64,000 nucleotides of DNA, from NCBI RefSeq assembly GCF_009834535.1, contig NC_045696.1:107510001-107574000 (forward strand), in the 5' to 3' direction. Both the position numbers and the translations under genes were made by a program. A model generated the notes under the pieces. That model saw nothing but the letters and a program-made list of their open reading frames with translations, was not told where the DNA came from and made no database searches. Every line of letters begins with the position of its first letter. The first letter of the stretch is position 1. Below, piece by piece: positions 27,111 through 39,100 of this stretch. The DNA is from Camelus ferus (Eukaryota).

Positions 27111-30053
27111 ACCACCATTGTGATTATTATCACCATTTTTACTTATGTAATCAGATTCTTATTTTTTGGCATATAGGTTTTTTTCCCCTTTTTACTATTA
27201 CAAAAAGCGTTTCGGGGAATAGCCTTGTATGTTACTATTTTGCACATGTGTGGTTTCACACATGCTTTGAAATAAGTATAACATCAAGGCAAATGAGTAT
27301 GTAATTTGTAATTTTGATAGACATTTGCCAAATTGCATACCACAGGGATTGTATCAAGTTATGCTGTCACTGACAGTTTGACATAATTTAAATGATCAAG
27401 GACTTGATGATGGTAGCTTTCTGGTGTTACTTTCATTTCTGGAATTATTCATATTTTTAAATGACAGTTTTGAAAGTTCTTCCTCAATCTTTATTGAAAG
27501 TACAATCCTGTCAGGAAAGCCTGCTCAATCTTTTATTTTTTAATATAAAATATGTAAGTTGGTGGATTATTCTTTTAGGATTCTCATGGATAAGGTGGAA
27601 GATAATCTTCACTCTTTTTTATTCTTTGTTTTCAGATTTTATGTTTCTATGAACCTGAATTACTTCAGATTTTTAATTTACCTTTGCAATACATAATCTT
27701 ACGATAATCTTCTATTAAAAATGTGCACCTCTAAGAACCAAGAAAACAAAGGTGAACTGAGATTAGCTTTTTAATTTATTTTGAGTACTAGTCTTAAGTT
27801 ACAGCAAGATTTTTTTCTTTGTCAAGGAAAACTTAATAGGACAGAGGAGCTTAAGATACCACACATTTTTCAAGGCTCAGGGGAATACAAAGATTAATAA
27901 GGAGTGATCTCTGCCATACTTTTTCCTAGTGGGTGAGCTAAATGGGAACCATTTCCAGGTTAGAAAATATAAAAAGGGGCAAAGAAGAATGCTTGAACAG
28001 AGCTTACTGTTTTGTTGCCTTTTACTTCACTGCATTAAAATGATGCAGTGAAATAGCATCACTGCAGTTCACCCTTTGTGAACTAAGCTAGTTTATTGAG
28101 AGTATAGTCAGTCAGTCATGGAAATAGAGTAGTTGAACATTATTTACATTTGAGGTATTTTAACAGTAATATGTGCAACTTGTTACTGAAATAGTATGAT
28201 TAGTGTTGTCCTTTTTCTTGAATTAAAAAAAAATCAATTTTACCAAGATCTACTTTCCATACATTAAAATTCACACATTTAGAGTGTATAGATGGATGAC
28301 TTTTGACAAATGCATACAACAATGTAATTACACTGCTTTCAAAATATAAAATATTTCCATCTCCCCAAGAAGAACAATTAATTCTTCCCATGTCTAATAA
28401 CTTTAAGATCTGTTTTATTTCTTTTGCTTGTTTATTAGTACTTATAATATGATTTTACTTACTAAGAGTACTGTGAATTAACCCCTGAAATTACATGCCT
28501 GTTATCTATGGGAATCTGTTTCAGATTGCAAAATATTTCATGACCCAAACAGGGTTAAATGTAAACAAAACTGTTTAATTGAGTGATTTTAAAACTGTCT
28601 GACAGAAAGTTACTTTTATTTGAGATCATTTTAATTATCAATTTAATACATTTCTTGTTTACTTGAAACTTTAAAATCCACTAAAAATAGAGGCTGTATT
28701 GCAGTGCATGAACAACCTGCCTTCAGCACTATTGAATACTCTATACATATCTGTTCTTGGCATTAAAAAAGTATATAGTCACAATAAAAAGTTTCTCATT
28801 TTGTTTAGGAAATTGCATATTGGGGAAGAACTCTTTAAAAGTATTTTTCCTTTTCATGTACTTTCCACCCTAGACTGTCTCATCTCTACAGGTGATTATG
28901 GGGGATACCTGTTGGCGGGACTTGATGAATTCAGCATCCTGAAAATTAATAAGAGCAATGTATCAATAAATAAAATGTGCTTAAAAGTGGTTCTGATTAA
29001 ATGGGTAGATATTATTTTTCTCATTTTATAGATTAGTAAAAATTAAGTCAAAATAAGTTTAATGTACCAAGTGTGCCATTGTACTTTTTGCTGAGACTCT
29101 GAATTAAGATCACACTTTGACTTTTAGTCTGCTGTTTTACTCTGTCTTTCCTATGAGAGTGCAGCAAATTTTAGATACTTTTCCCACTACGTTTTTAAAT
29201 GTGGCTTATACTGGAACTGGTAATCACTGTGAAGGAGCCTGTTAGAGGTTATAAAGTAATTATTTTCTTACTGACTCATTGAGTGTTACTCTTGTGATTT
29301 TTAACTTGAATATTTTATATTTAAATAGTTGAAACTGAACCTCATTTAATTATTAGGCCAGGATTCTCTATACTTAAGTTGATTTTGAACCTTGTTCTGG
29401 TTTCTTTAAGTTATGTTAATTTTTAACACAGGTTTCCAATATAAACCACTCTTATTATGAGAGTGATAATATTTACAGAACCATATTGGAGATAAAAATA
29501 AAATAACTAAGATAAAAATAGTGCAAAAGAATGAGATCAAAAAGGTTTAACGTTTCCTTTGTTTCATCATGTTGTAGAGGCTACCGAACAACTTTTCACG
29601 TTCAGAGGAAGAAACAGATTTAACTAAAATGTGTTGTTAGATTAAGGGACATTTAGTTTCGATTTATAGAAGAATATTCTGATGATAAAAATATTAGAAG
29701 AAGCCTTGAAGGGAGAGAACACTATACTTGGATGTTTTTCAGACTGAGGCAGCCAGCTATATGTCTGGATAGCATCAGTATATATTTAAGTCAATCCTTA
29801 GGATCCTCCCTAAAACTCTTCTAAATATTTTTTCTTATACTTACCTAATTCATAGCATATTCCAGGTTTTTTAAGATGTCTAAAGAACTTTGAATTTCTT
29901 AAACAAGGAATTCCTTTAGAATAGGTAGAAGTTTGGGGGAAGAAAGAAAAACTCAAAAGGTTTCATATAAAACTTTTCAAGCAGTGATCAGATTAAATTT
30001 AATATTTAGCATGGGTTAGAAAAAGATTAACTGTAAAATCTGTTGTTCCACAG

Positions 30054-30130
30054 GTACTGTGAGAATAGAGATGTTTCGAAATATGCAGAATGCAGAAATC
30101 ATCAGAAAAATGACTGAAGAATTTGATGAG
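30054..30130 (+). CDS. STAG1: STAG1 internal coding exon, 77 nt, phase 1 to phase 0 (probably exon 6): (G)[25 protein letters not shown]
   Basis: Acceptor tgttgttccacag ends at 30053; donor GAG|gtatat starts at 30131. Residues [13 protein letters not shown] match STAG1 rather than STAG2 as I recall the proteins. Not in the ORF track. Confidence 0.96.
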
Positions 30131-30439
30131 GTATATAGCATTTCAGTATTTATACAGATTGCCTGCTTACACTTGTAAATGGTGAATGTTGATTATTTTA
30201 AGTTTTGTTTTGATTTGCTGTTTGGCATAAGAGAAGATATACTACTTTCTCATTTATATGATAATTCATGCTACTAATTCCAAAATTAATCATCTTTGGG
30301 AAATGTATTACATTGCATGGAAGTAGAAGCACTGAATAATGACTGATAGCTGCTAAGGATAAGAAAATTAATGGTAGAAGGTAGATGTTGATCCTTGACA
30401 TTCATTCTTCAGTACCATATAAAATTCCTTAATTTGTAA

Positions 30440-30725
30440 ATGCATTTCCAACAGTTTCATGTTCTGTGGAATTCTGGTCCTATTAAATGCTTTAAAGAAA
30501 AAAGGGTTTGGAGTTCAAGGAATTGTGACAGGCTGCCTATTACACCTACCTTAGAGTTTGTCAAAGCACATTATCTTATTTAAGATTCTTAGGAATCCTA
30601 ATGGAGAAAAATTTGCTTAACTTTATTTAATTTAGAATTCCCAAAATTATTTTACATGGATTCCTGACACTGCCCTACCCCTCCCCATTTTCTGTGTGTA
30701 TAAAACTTCTGTTTGGGACACTCTG
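30440..30725. mobile_element. hAT-Charlie-type DNA transposon relic
   Basis: catttccaac...gttctgtggaa start and tttgggacactctg end. Weak recognition. Confidence 0.4.
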
Positions 30726-31344
30726 CTTGAAATACTCTGATTTCCATTTAGAATACAAGTTTTCTTTGCTAGTCTTCACAATTTAATCGTGTAGAAATCA
30801 TTTTTTCTGCATGGTTTTCCATTTTCAAACAGTTTTACACTGATTGCAGATGTTGAAACACTTCTACAGATTTATTTCTGTGTTGTATTTATGGTGAGCA
30901 TTAATTCACGTCATGCTTTAGACTACAGTTAATTCCAGCTTTAACATTCTTCCCTTTGATTTAATTAAGATTTGCATTTTCTGGTAGGTGTTCCTTTTTC
31001 TTGACTTTCAACACTAACAACAAAGGTTGGTTTTCTTCTAGGTCCACCTTTCAGTGGAATAGGCTCAGGCTTTTTATTATTAGTAGTAGTAGTATTATTT
31101 TTAATTGAAAAAAGTACTACAAACACATGATAAAGCATAAACTTAAACACATGTTGCTCAGTGTATGTCTTTCTCATCAGATGTTCACCTTTACTCTAGC
31201 AGCACTGCCAAAACATTTTCACGTATCTCTTTACAGAAACATTCTGTCAGTGGCTTTCAGACTATTTAGTCACATTTCATGGGAGGTAGGGGAGACTTTA
31301 CATTGTCACCTATGAAGATATACTCTGTAATCGCTTGTCTTCAT

Positions 31345-31575
31345 TTCTGTAATCCAGAAAGCTCTGAAATTCCAAAAACTGGCTTCAGCTAACATGAGGC
31401 TATTTATAGTTTTTATTTATCCCATTCAGTGTAAATATCTATACGTATTGCTGTTAAATATTAATGTTACTAATTGTAAGGGGCTACCCGAGATTCTGTT
31501 GAGGTATGATGGAATATAAGCTGTATACACTATATTAACTTCTAAAATTCAATATCTCATAAATTCTGAAACATT
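31345..31575. mobile_element. Ancient Tigger-type DNA transposon relic
   Basis: tgaggctatttatagtttttatttatccca...aaattctgaaaca motif; subfamily uncertain. Confidence 0.45.
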
Positions 31576-31820
31576 TTTGTGGGACTAATTTTCACTAAAA
31601 AAAATAATTTTTGGTTGTTACTTCATGAGTTTTTATGTAGCAAATGGAAGATAACAAAGCCAGATTAAGGTGCAAGTGGTACATTTACACACCAACTAAT
31701 ATACTAACTGCCATACCAGGCTTGTAAAACAGGTGATTCAGGTCGTAGATTAATAAGTAGAAGGCATCTTGGACCTTCACAGTACCCGCACATGATGGGA
31801 TGATTATTAAGAGTTTAAGG

Positions 31821-31997
31821 TAGTAGTTGCCAAATACTGCTGTACATTAACATCACATGGGGATACTGATGCCTGGCTTCTTCCCACATCCCCCAGACAT
31901 TTTGATTTAATTTGTAAGACATGTGACCTGGATATGGGGATTTTTTCAAAGCTTGCCAGGTGATTCTAATGTATATCAACTGCTGAGAACATTATTA
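31821..31997. mobile_element. MER5A-type MITE
   Basis: gctgtacattaacatcacatggg...ccaggtgattctaatgt...tgagaac. Confidence 0.75.
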
Positions 31998-34399
31998 TAA
32001 GGGAAATAAAAAGAGGAAACCAAGATTTAAGTTATAAAAATACTTCATATTTGAGAATAGAATGAGGGGGAAACAGAAATGAATACAGTGTGAAAATGCA
32101 TAATAACAGGAAATCACTTCTTTGTAGTAAGATTTCGAAATAACTAGAGGAAAATGAACTCAGCGAAAGGAAGGTCATGGTATACCTAAGAAAATATTCC
32201 TGTGAATATTGTCAAGAAAAATAGTAAAATCTTATGAAAACTGACAATAAATGAAATGTAGCAAATATAGTTATTCAAAAGGTATTTGTTTTGTATTCCT
32301 AAATATTTTTATACCAATATTTGAGATTATTGACCTAATCAAAGACTTTTAAAAGTCATTGTTTTGATTTTTTACAGTATATCTAACAGTTTTGATTATT
32401 ATTAGAACATTTTCATTTAAAGCAGAATTATTATTAGATATTCTCTAAGGCTATCTATTTTATCTTCAAGCACTTTAAGATACTGATCTTTTTGTACTGT
32501 ATATTCAAGAAACTGCTTAAATGCATGCATATTGTTAAATGTATAGAGTTTTATTAAGTTGTTTTTTCCCTTCAAAATATTATATAGGTTATTTAGTCCA
32601 CTGGAAGTGGAAGGTTAGTTTTGGTGAGTTATGTTTTGTGATGAAATTCTGAAAGAATTAATGACAAGAACCATTAGATCCCAAAAGCCTAGAAAAATGC
32701 CTAGTTCACAGGGAGTAGCCATTAAAATTTTGTGTAATGAATGAATATATTGTATTATAGTAAAGATGACATGAGTTTAAGGTCATTTGGATAAGGTGGT
32801 CCAAGAGTATGTTATTGCCTGAAAAAGTAGTATACTGTAGCTTCTATTCCTTATTACAAACTGCTTATAATCAGTTATTAGATAACCTTTTTTAAAGCTG
32901 TATAAATTTGCACCTAGCCAAAAGTGCTTTGTGATTGTAATATCACCCTGATTTAGAAGTATATTAATTCCCAGAGCAGTGTATAGCTCTTCAGAGTCTG
33001 TATATACACTTGATTCCTATTGCAGCCAGTTGCTGGGAGATAAGGCAAAATGTAATAGTATTTCTTTTCCACATTATTAGAATCAGATTTCCATATATAA
33101 ATTCTTAGGTATGTTTCCCAAAGTTTAGTTTATGTAGTTTTCATATATTTAAGTGTGACATCCATGAAGGGAAACCTTTGCAATACAACACATTTGATGT
33201 ACAGCTGACCCTTGAACAACACGGGTATTAGGGACTCAGACTTTCCATGTAGCTGAAAACCCTCATAAAACTTTCTGACTCCCCCAGAACTTAACTACTA
33301 ATAGCCTACTGTTGACTGGAAACCTTACCAATAACATGAACAGTTGATGATCACATATTTTGTATGTTATATGTATTATGTACTGTGTTGTTACAATAAA
33401 GTAAGCTGAAGAAAAGAAAATGTTATTAAGAATCATAAAGAAGGGGAAACACATTTACAGTATTGTACTGTATTTATTGTTACTATAAGTTCCTACCACC
33501 TCTTTATAAGATGAATCATCTGTCTGTCAGTACCTATATTAGTATTGTCTTATATGATACAAAACTCCATAGATGTTATATGCATTACTTACACTACACA
33601 TCAAAAATGAAAAGATAATGTGAAAAAGTAATTCATATTTATTTACAAGTATGATTTACGCATTGTTAGGAAACCAACAATACGATTGCTTTGTGGTAGC
33701 TGAGTGTAACTGATAAAAAATTGTTTCACAGTAGCCTAGCCTTTACACTAATGAATGAATTGTTAAATTTTTTATGGCATACCATATTACAGTCATATTC
33801 ATAATACAATATTGAAAACATTGTTACTTTTTTCATAAATTACTTACATGTGATGACAGGCTGATACACAGTGTCTTCAACTAAGAGGAATACTGCACAG
33901 TAATGTAATTCTTTGAAAGCAAAGTTATAAAATAGTAAGAAAAGCAGTACAGTATTAATTTTTTATTAAAAATTACTCACCTTATGCCTATATAAGGATA
34001 GGGTATCCACTTCAATAGAAGTCTTGCACACAATTTTCTACACAGTGAATACTTAGGCAGTGATGACACAAAAAAGTCTCGTAAAGTTATTGCCATACAG
34101 TTACTGTATTTTACATGAAGACACATACACAATAGATACATTTACTAATTATATGGCATGATGATTATTTACTATTCCTTTATTGGAAGTGGATCATCAT
34201 AAAGGTCTTCATCTTCATTTTCACATCCATTGTGCTGAGGAAGAGAGTTCAGTCCTGTTGTCTCAGGAATGGCAGAGGTGGAATAGGTGAAAGAAGTGGA
34301 AGGGTAGGCAGAAGAAGCAGGCATATTTGGTGTAGTTTTACAAAAATACATTATAATTTGTCTGACTTTTACTTTTTCATTTCTATAAAAATGCTTCTA

Positions 34400-36100
34400 T
34401 GTGTACCAATTCTTAGTTTCAGTGCCTATATCACAGAAGAGTCTATGTTGTAAAAAAAAAGTCAAAACCAATCTTGAATAAGCAGAACCCTCCTACCAGA
34501 TTGTCTGATGTCAGTTTGTTTTCTAGAACTGTTTCTTCTATGTCATCTTCCTCATTACGTGGCACTGGTTCAAAGGCACTCATCTCCATTGTCATTTTCA
34601 TTTAATTCCTTTGGTGTGGTGTCTGTTACTGCTTGAATTTCTTCAAGATCCATATCTTTATTTTTATTTATTTATTTATTTAAACTTTTTTTTTTAATTG
34701 AGGTATAGTCATTTTACAATGTTGTGTCAAATTCAAGATCCATATCTTTAAACCCTTCATCCCCTCCCCTTCCCCCTTTCCCCCCTACCCCAGCCTTTTC
34801 TGTCATATCCACAATCTCTTTCATGATTTCTTTGATCAGCTCTGTTGTAAGTACTGTGAAGTCATACATACCATCTGGACAAAATTTCTCTCCAGCAGGA
34901 ATTTATTGTTTCAGGCCTGACAGCTTTTACAGCTTTTTCTGTAACAACAATGGCACCTTTAGTGGTATAATCCTGCCAGACTTTCATCATGTTCTCTCTT
35001 ACGGGGTTCTCCTCAATAGCATCGACAATCCTTTCCAAAGAGTACCATGTGTAATGAGCCTTAAGGTTCCTTATGACTCTCTGATCTAGAGGGTGAATTA
35101 GAAACATTGTGTTGGGGGCAAGTAGACCACTTCAGCACCTTCAGTGTTGAACTCATGGGGTTCTGGGTGGCCAGGGGTATTGTTTAATATCAAAAGAACT
35201 TTAAAAGTGAGACCCTTACTGGCAAGGTACTTCCTGACTTCAGGGACAAAGCATCAATGGAACCAGTGGAGAAAAAGGGTTCTTGTTCATGCCTTTCTGT
35301 TGTACAGCCAAAAGACTGGTAGCTGGTATTTACGTTTTCTCTTTAAGGCTAGGGGTTAGTAGCTTTATAGATAAGAACCGTTTTGATCATAAACCCAACT
35401 GCATTTGCACAAAAAGTATAGTTAGCCTATTCCATCCTGCCTTACTAGCTTGCTTACTTGCTTCCCCCTTACCAATAATGTCCTTTGTGGCAGTTTTTTT
35501 TTCCCAAATAGGGCACTTGCATCACTGTTCAGTTAGATATCTTTTCTCCTCAATGATTTTCTTAGTGGAGAGTGGGAATTTATCTCCCTCTTGGTCAGCA
35601 GAATCTGCTTCTCCTGTTATCTTGACATAGTTTAAACCAAACCCTGTTTCTGAAATTATCAGAACATCCTTTGCCGGTATTAAATTCTCCAGCTTTGTAT
35701 CTTTTACCTTCCTTTCTCTTTACATTTTCATTTAATGACTCTGCCTTTTCTTGACTTAGAGCTGTAGGTTTGCCTTTTGTAAAACAGTTCTGCACCCACA
35801 TAAAAGCTGCATTTTCAATATGAAATTAAAAGGTATTTCACAAAATACAAGGTTTTTGTGCCTGCTGATATAGCTACAATGATGTCTTCACAAAGTTTCT
35901 TTTCTTTTTTTTTTTACAATGGTCCTTGTACTGGATTTATTTATTTTGAAATGGCAGGCAACCACAGCTGCAGACCTCAATCCATAGTACATGGTGACTA
36001 TGCATGCAACGCAACTTTTTCTTGGAATGTCATGAGTTTTCTCTGCTTCTTGAGAGTTCTTCCAGCATCACTTTGTGTGGGTCTCATGGTGTTATTCGAG
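34400..36100 (-). pseudogene. Decayed pogo-type transposase of the Tigger2 element
   Basis: ORF 34862..35107 LIHPLDQRVIRNLKAHY..ETINSCWR (DDE region); ORF 35595..35801 EKAESL..FNTGKGCSDNFRNR (CENP-B-type HTH). Frame is disrupted. Confidence 0.85.
34661..34731 (-). mobile_element. Ultra-short L1 3'-end insertion with 19-bp TSD
   Basis: TTCAAGATCCATATCTTTA at 34642-34660 and 34732-34750 flanks a T-rich tail plus attgaggtatagtcattttacaatgttgtgtcaa. Confidence 0.88.
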
Positions 36101-36159
36101 GTTTATGATATTGTATTAAACATGGTGAAAAATATGCAAGAACAGTGAAAGTTCACTTT

Positions 36160-39100
36160 TTTTAATTGAATGGAGGATTCTTTAAATTCTGTAGTGCTTT
36201 ACAGTTTTCAAAAGTTTCACACACATGATTTCATATAATCCCATAATAACCCTTTTTTTCTTAAATCCTGTATCCCTATATATTGCCCTTACCAAATTCC
36301 CTTCCCCACTGGTAACTACTACTTTGTTCTCTGTATCTGTGAGTCAGAAGTTTGTTCTGCATCTATTGAGATTCATCATATGGTTTTTATTCTTCAATTT
36401 GTTAATGTTGTGTGTCAATTGACTGATGTATACATACTGAAAAATCCTTCCATCCCTGGTATAAATCCCACTTGATCATGGTATATGATCCTTTTAATGT
36501 ATTGTTGGATTCATTTTGCTAATATTTTGTTGAGGAATTTGTGCATCCATATTCATGAGTGATATTGGCCTCTAATTTTCCTTCTTATGTGATATCTTTG
36601 TCTGGTTTTGGTATCAGGGTGATGCTGGACTCATTTATGAGTTTGGAAATGTTCTTTTCTCTGCAATTTTTTGGAATAATTTGAGAAGGATAGGTATTAA
36701 CTCTTCTCTAAATGTTTGATAGAATTTACCTATGGAGCCATCTAGTCCTGGACTTTTGTTTGTTAGGAGTTTTTAATTACTGCTTCAGTTTTACTGCTGG
36801 TAATTGGTATGTTCATATTTTCTGTTTCTTCCTGATTCAATCTTGGGAGATTGTACCTATCTAAGAATTTGAGCATTTCTTCTAGGTTGTCCATTTTATT
36901 TTATAGTTGCTCATAGTAGTCTCTTATGATCCTTTGTATTTTTGTGGTGATGATTGTAACTTCTCCTTTTTCATTTCTGATTTTATTGATTTGAACCTTG
37001 TCCCCTTTTTTTTCTTCATGAGTCTGGCTAAAGGTTTATCAGTTTTGTTTATCTTTTCAAAGAACCAGCTTTTAATTTCATTGATCTTTTCTGTTGCTGT
37101 TTTAGTCTCTATTTCATTTATTTCTGCTATGATCTTTATGATCTCTTTCCTTCTACTAACTTTGGGTTTTGTTTGTTCTTCTTTCTCTAATTGCTTTAGG
37201 TGTAAGATTAGGTTAAATAACTTTACACTGAGATTTTTCTTGCTTCCTGAGATAAGCTTGTATCGCTATAAACTTCCTCTTAGAACTACCTTTGCTGTGT
37301 CCCCTAGGTTTTGGAGGATTGTGTTTTCATTTTCATTTGTCTTAGGTATTTTTGATTTCCTCTTTGATTTCTTCAGTGATCCATTGGTTGTTTAGTAGCA
37401 AGCATATTGTTTAGCCTCCACATGTTTGTGGCTCTTTGCAGTTTTTTTTAATCTTGTAGTCTCATAGTATTGTGGTTGGTTTTCCAGTCATACTTGATAT
37501 AATTTCGGTTTTCTTAAATTTACAAAGGCTTGTTTTGTGCCCCAGCATGTGATCAATCTATCCTGGAGAATATTCCAGGTGCACTTGAAAAGAATGTGTT
37601 TTCTGAGCTTTTGGATGGATTTGTCAATTAAGTCCATGTGGTCTGATGTGTCATTTAAGGCCAGTGTTTCCTTACTGATTTTCTGTATTGATGATCTATT
37701 CATTGATGTAAGTGGTGTGTTAAAGACCCCTACTATTATTGTTTTACTGTCAATTTCTACTTTTATGTCCATTAATATTTGCCTTATATATTTAGGTGCT
37801 TCTCTGTTAGGTGTGTATATGTTTACTTCTTGGATTGATCCCTGGATCATTATGTCGTGTCTTTCTTTACTTTAAAGTCTATTTTATCTAATAACAAGTA
37901 TTGCTACTCTAGCTTTCTTTTGATTTCCATTTGCATGAAATACCTTTTTTCATCCCCTCACTTTCAATCTGTTTTTGTGTCTCTAGATCTGAGGTGACTC
38001 TCTTGTAGGCAGCATATATTCAAGTCTGATTTCTGCGTCCATTCAGCCACTCTGTGTCTTTTTGTTGGAGCATTTGGTTCATTTATATTTAAGGTAATTA
38101 TCGATATGTATGTTCTTAGTGCCATTTTATTGAGGTCTTTTTTTTTTCCTTTCTTCTTTTGTTCTCTTCTCTTGTGATCTGATGTCTATCTTTAGTGTTA
38201 CATTTGGATTCCCTTTTCTTTTGTGTGTATACCTATTACAGATTTTTGATTTGTGGTTACCATGAGATTTTTGTACAGCAGTCTATATATATATATATCT
38301 GTGATTGTTTTAAGTTGCTGATCTCTTAATTTCAAATGCATTTGTTAAACCTTGCATTTGTACTCTCCTCCCATGACAGTTACAGGTTTTGATATCATAT
38401 TTTACGTTAAATTGATTTGTGTATCCCTTACCTGCTTATTGGGAATATAGATGATTTTACTACTTTTGTCTTTTAATCTCCCTTCTAGCTTTGTGTGGAT
38501 GATTTCCTGCCTTTACTGTCTGTTTGCCTTTACCAGTGAGCTTTTTCATTTTGTAGTTTTCATGTTTCTAGTTGTGGTCTTTTCTTTTTTCGTCTAAATA
38601 AGTTCCTTTAACATTTGTGGTGGTGCTAAATTCTTTCAGAGTTTGCTTGTCTGTTAAGCTTTTGATCTCACTATCAACTCTGAAGGAGAGCCTTGCTAGG
38701 TAGAGTTCTTGGTTGTATGTTTTTCTTCTTAATCACCTTATGTCTGTCATGCCGCTCCCTTCTGGTCTGCTGAATTTCTGCTGAAAAATCAACTGATAGC
38801 CTTATGGGAGTTTTGCTGTATGTTATTTGTAGCTTTTAATATCCTCTCTTTATCTTTAATTGTTGTTATTTTGATTACAGTGTGTCTTAGTGCGTTCCTC
38901 TTTGAATTAATCTTGTATGGGATTCTCTGAGCTTCCTGGACTTGGGTGACTGTTTCCTTTCCCAGGTTAGGGAACTTTTCAGCTATTAAATTTTCAAATA
39001 TGTTATCTGGCCCTTTTTCTTTCTTTTTTCCCTCTGGGACTCCTATTATGTGAACATTAGTGCGCTTGATGTTGTCCTAGAGGTCTCAAACTGTCCTCAT

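Noticed and set aside
28699..29031. 110-aa ORF in unique sequence
   Set aside because: TTG start, no recognisable homology, and AT-rich intronic composition.
34400..36100. Domesticated TIGD/CENP-B-like gene
   Set aside because: Multiple stops, frameshifts and an insertion; TIRs are still present, so it is a fossil.
36907..37395. 162-aa hydrophobic, membrane-protein-looking ORF
   Set aside because: Antisense shadow of L1 ORF2.
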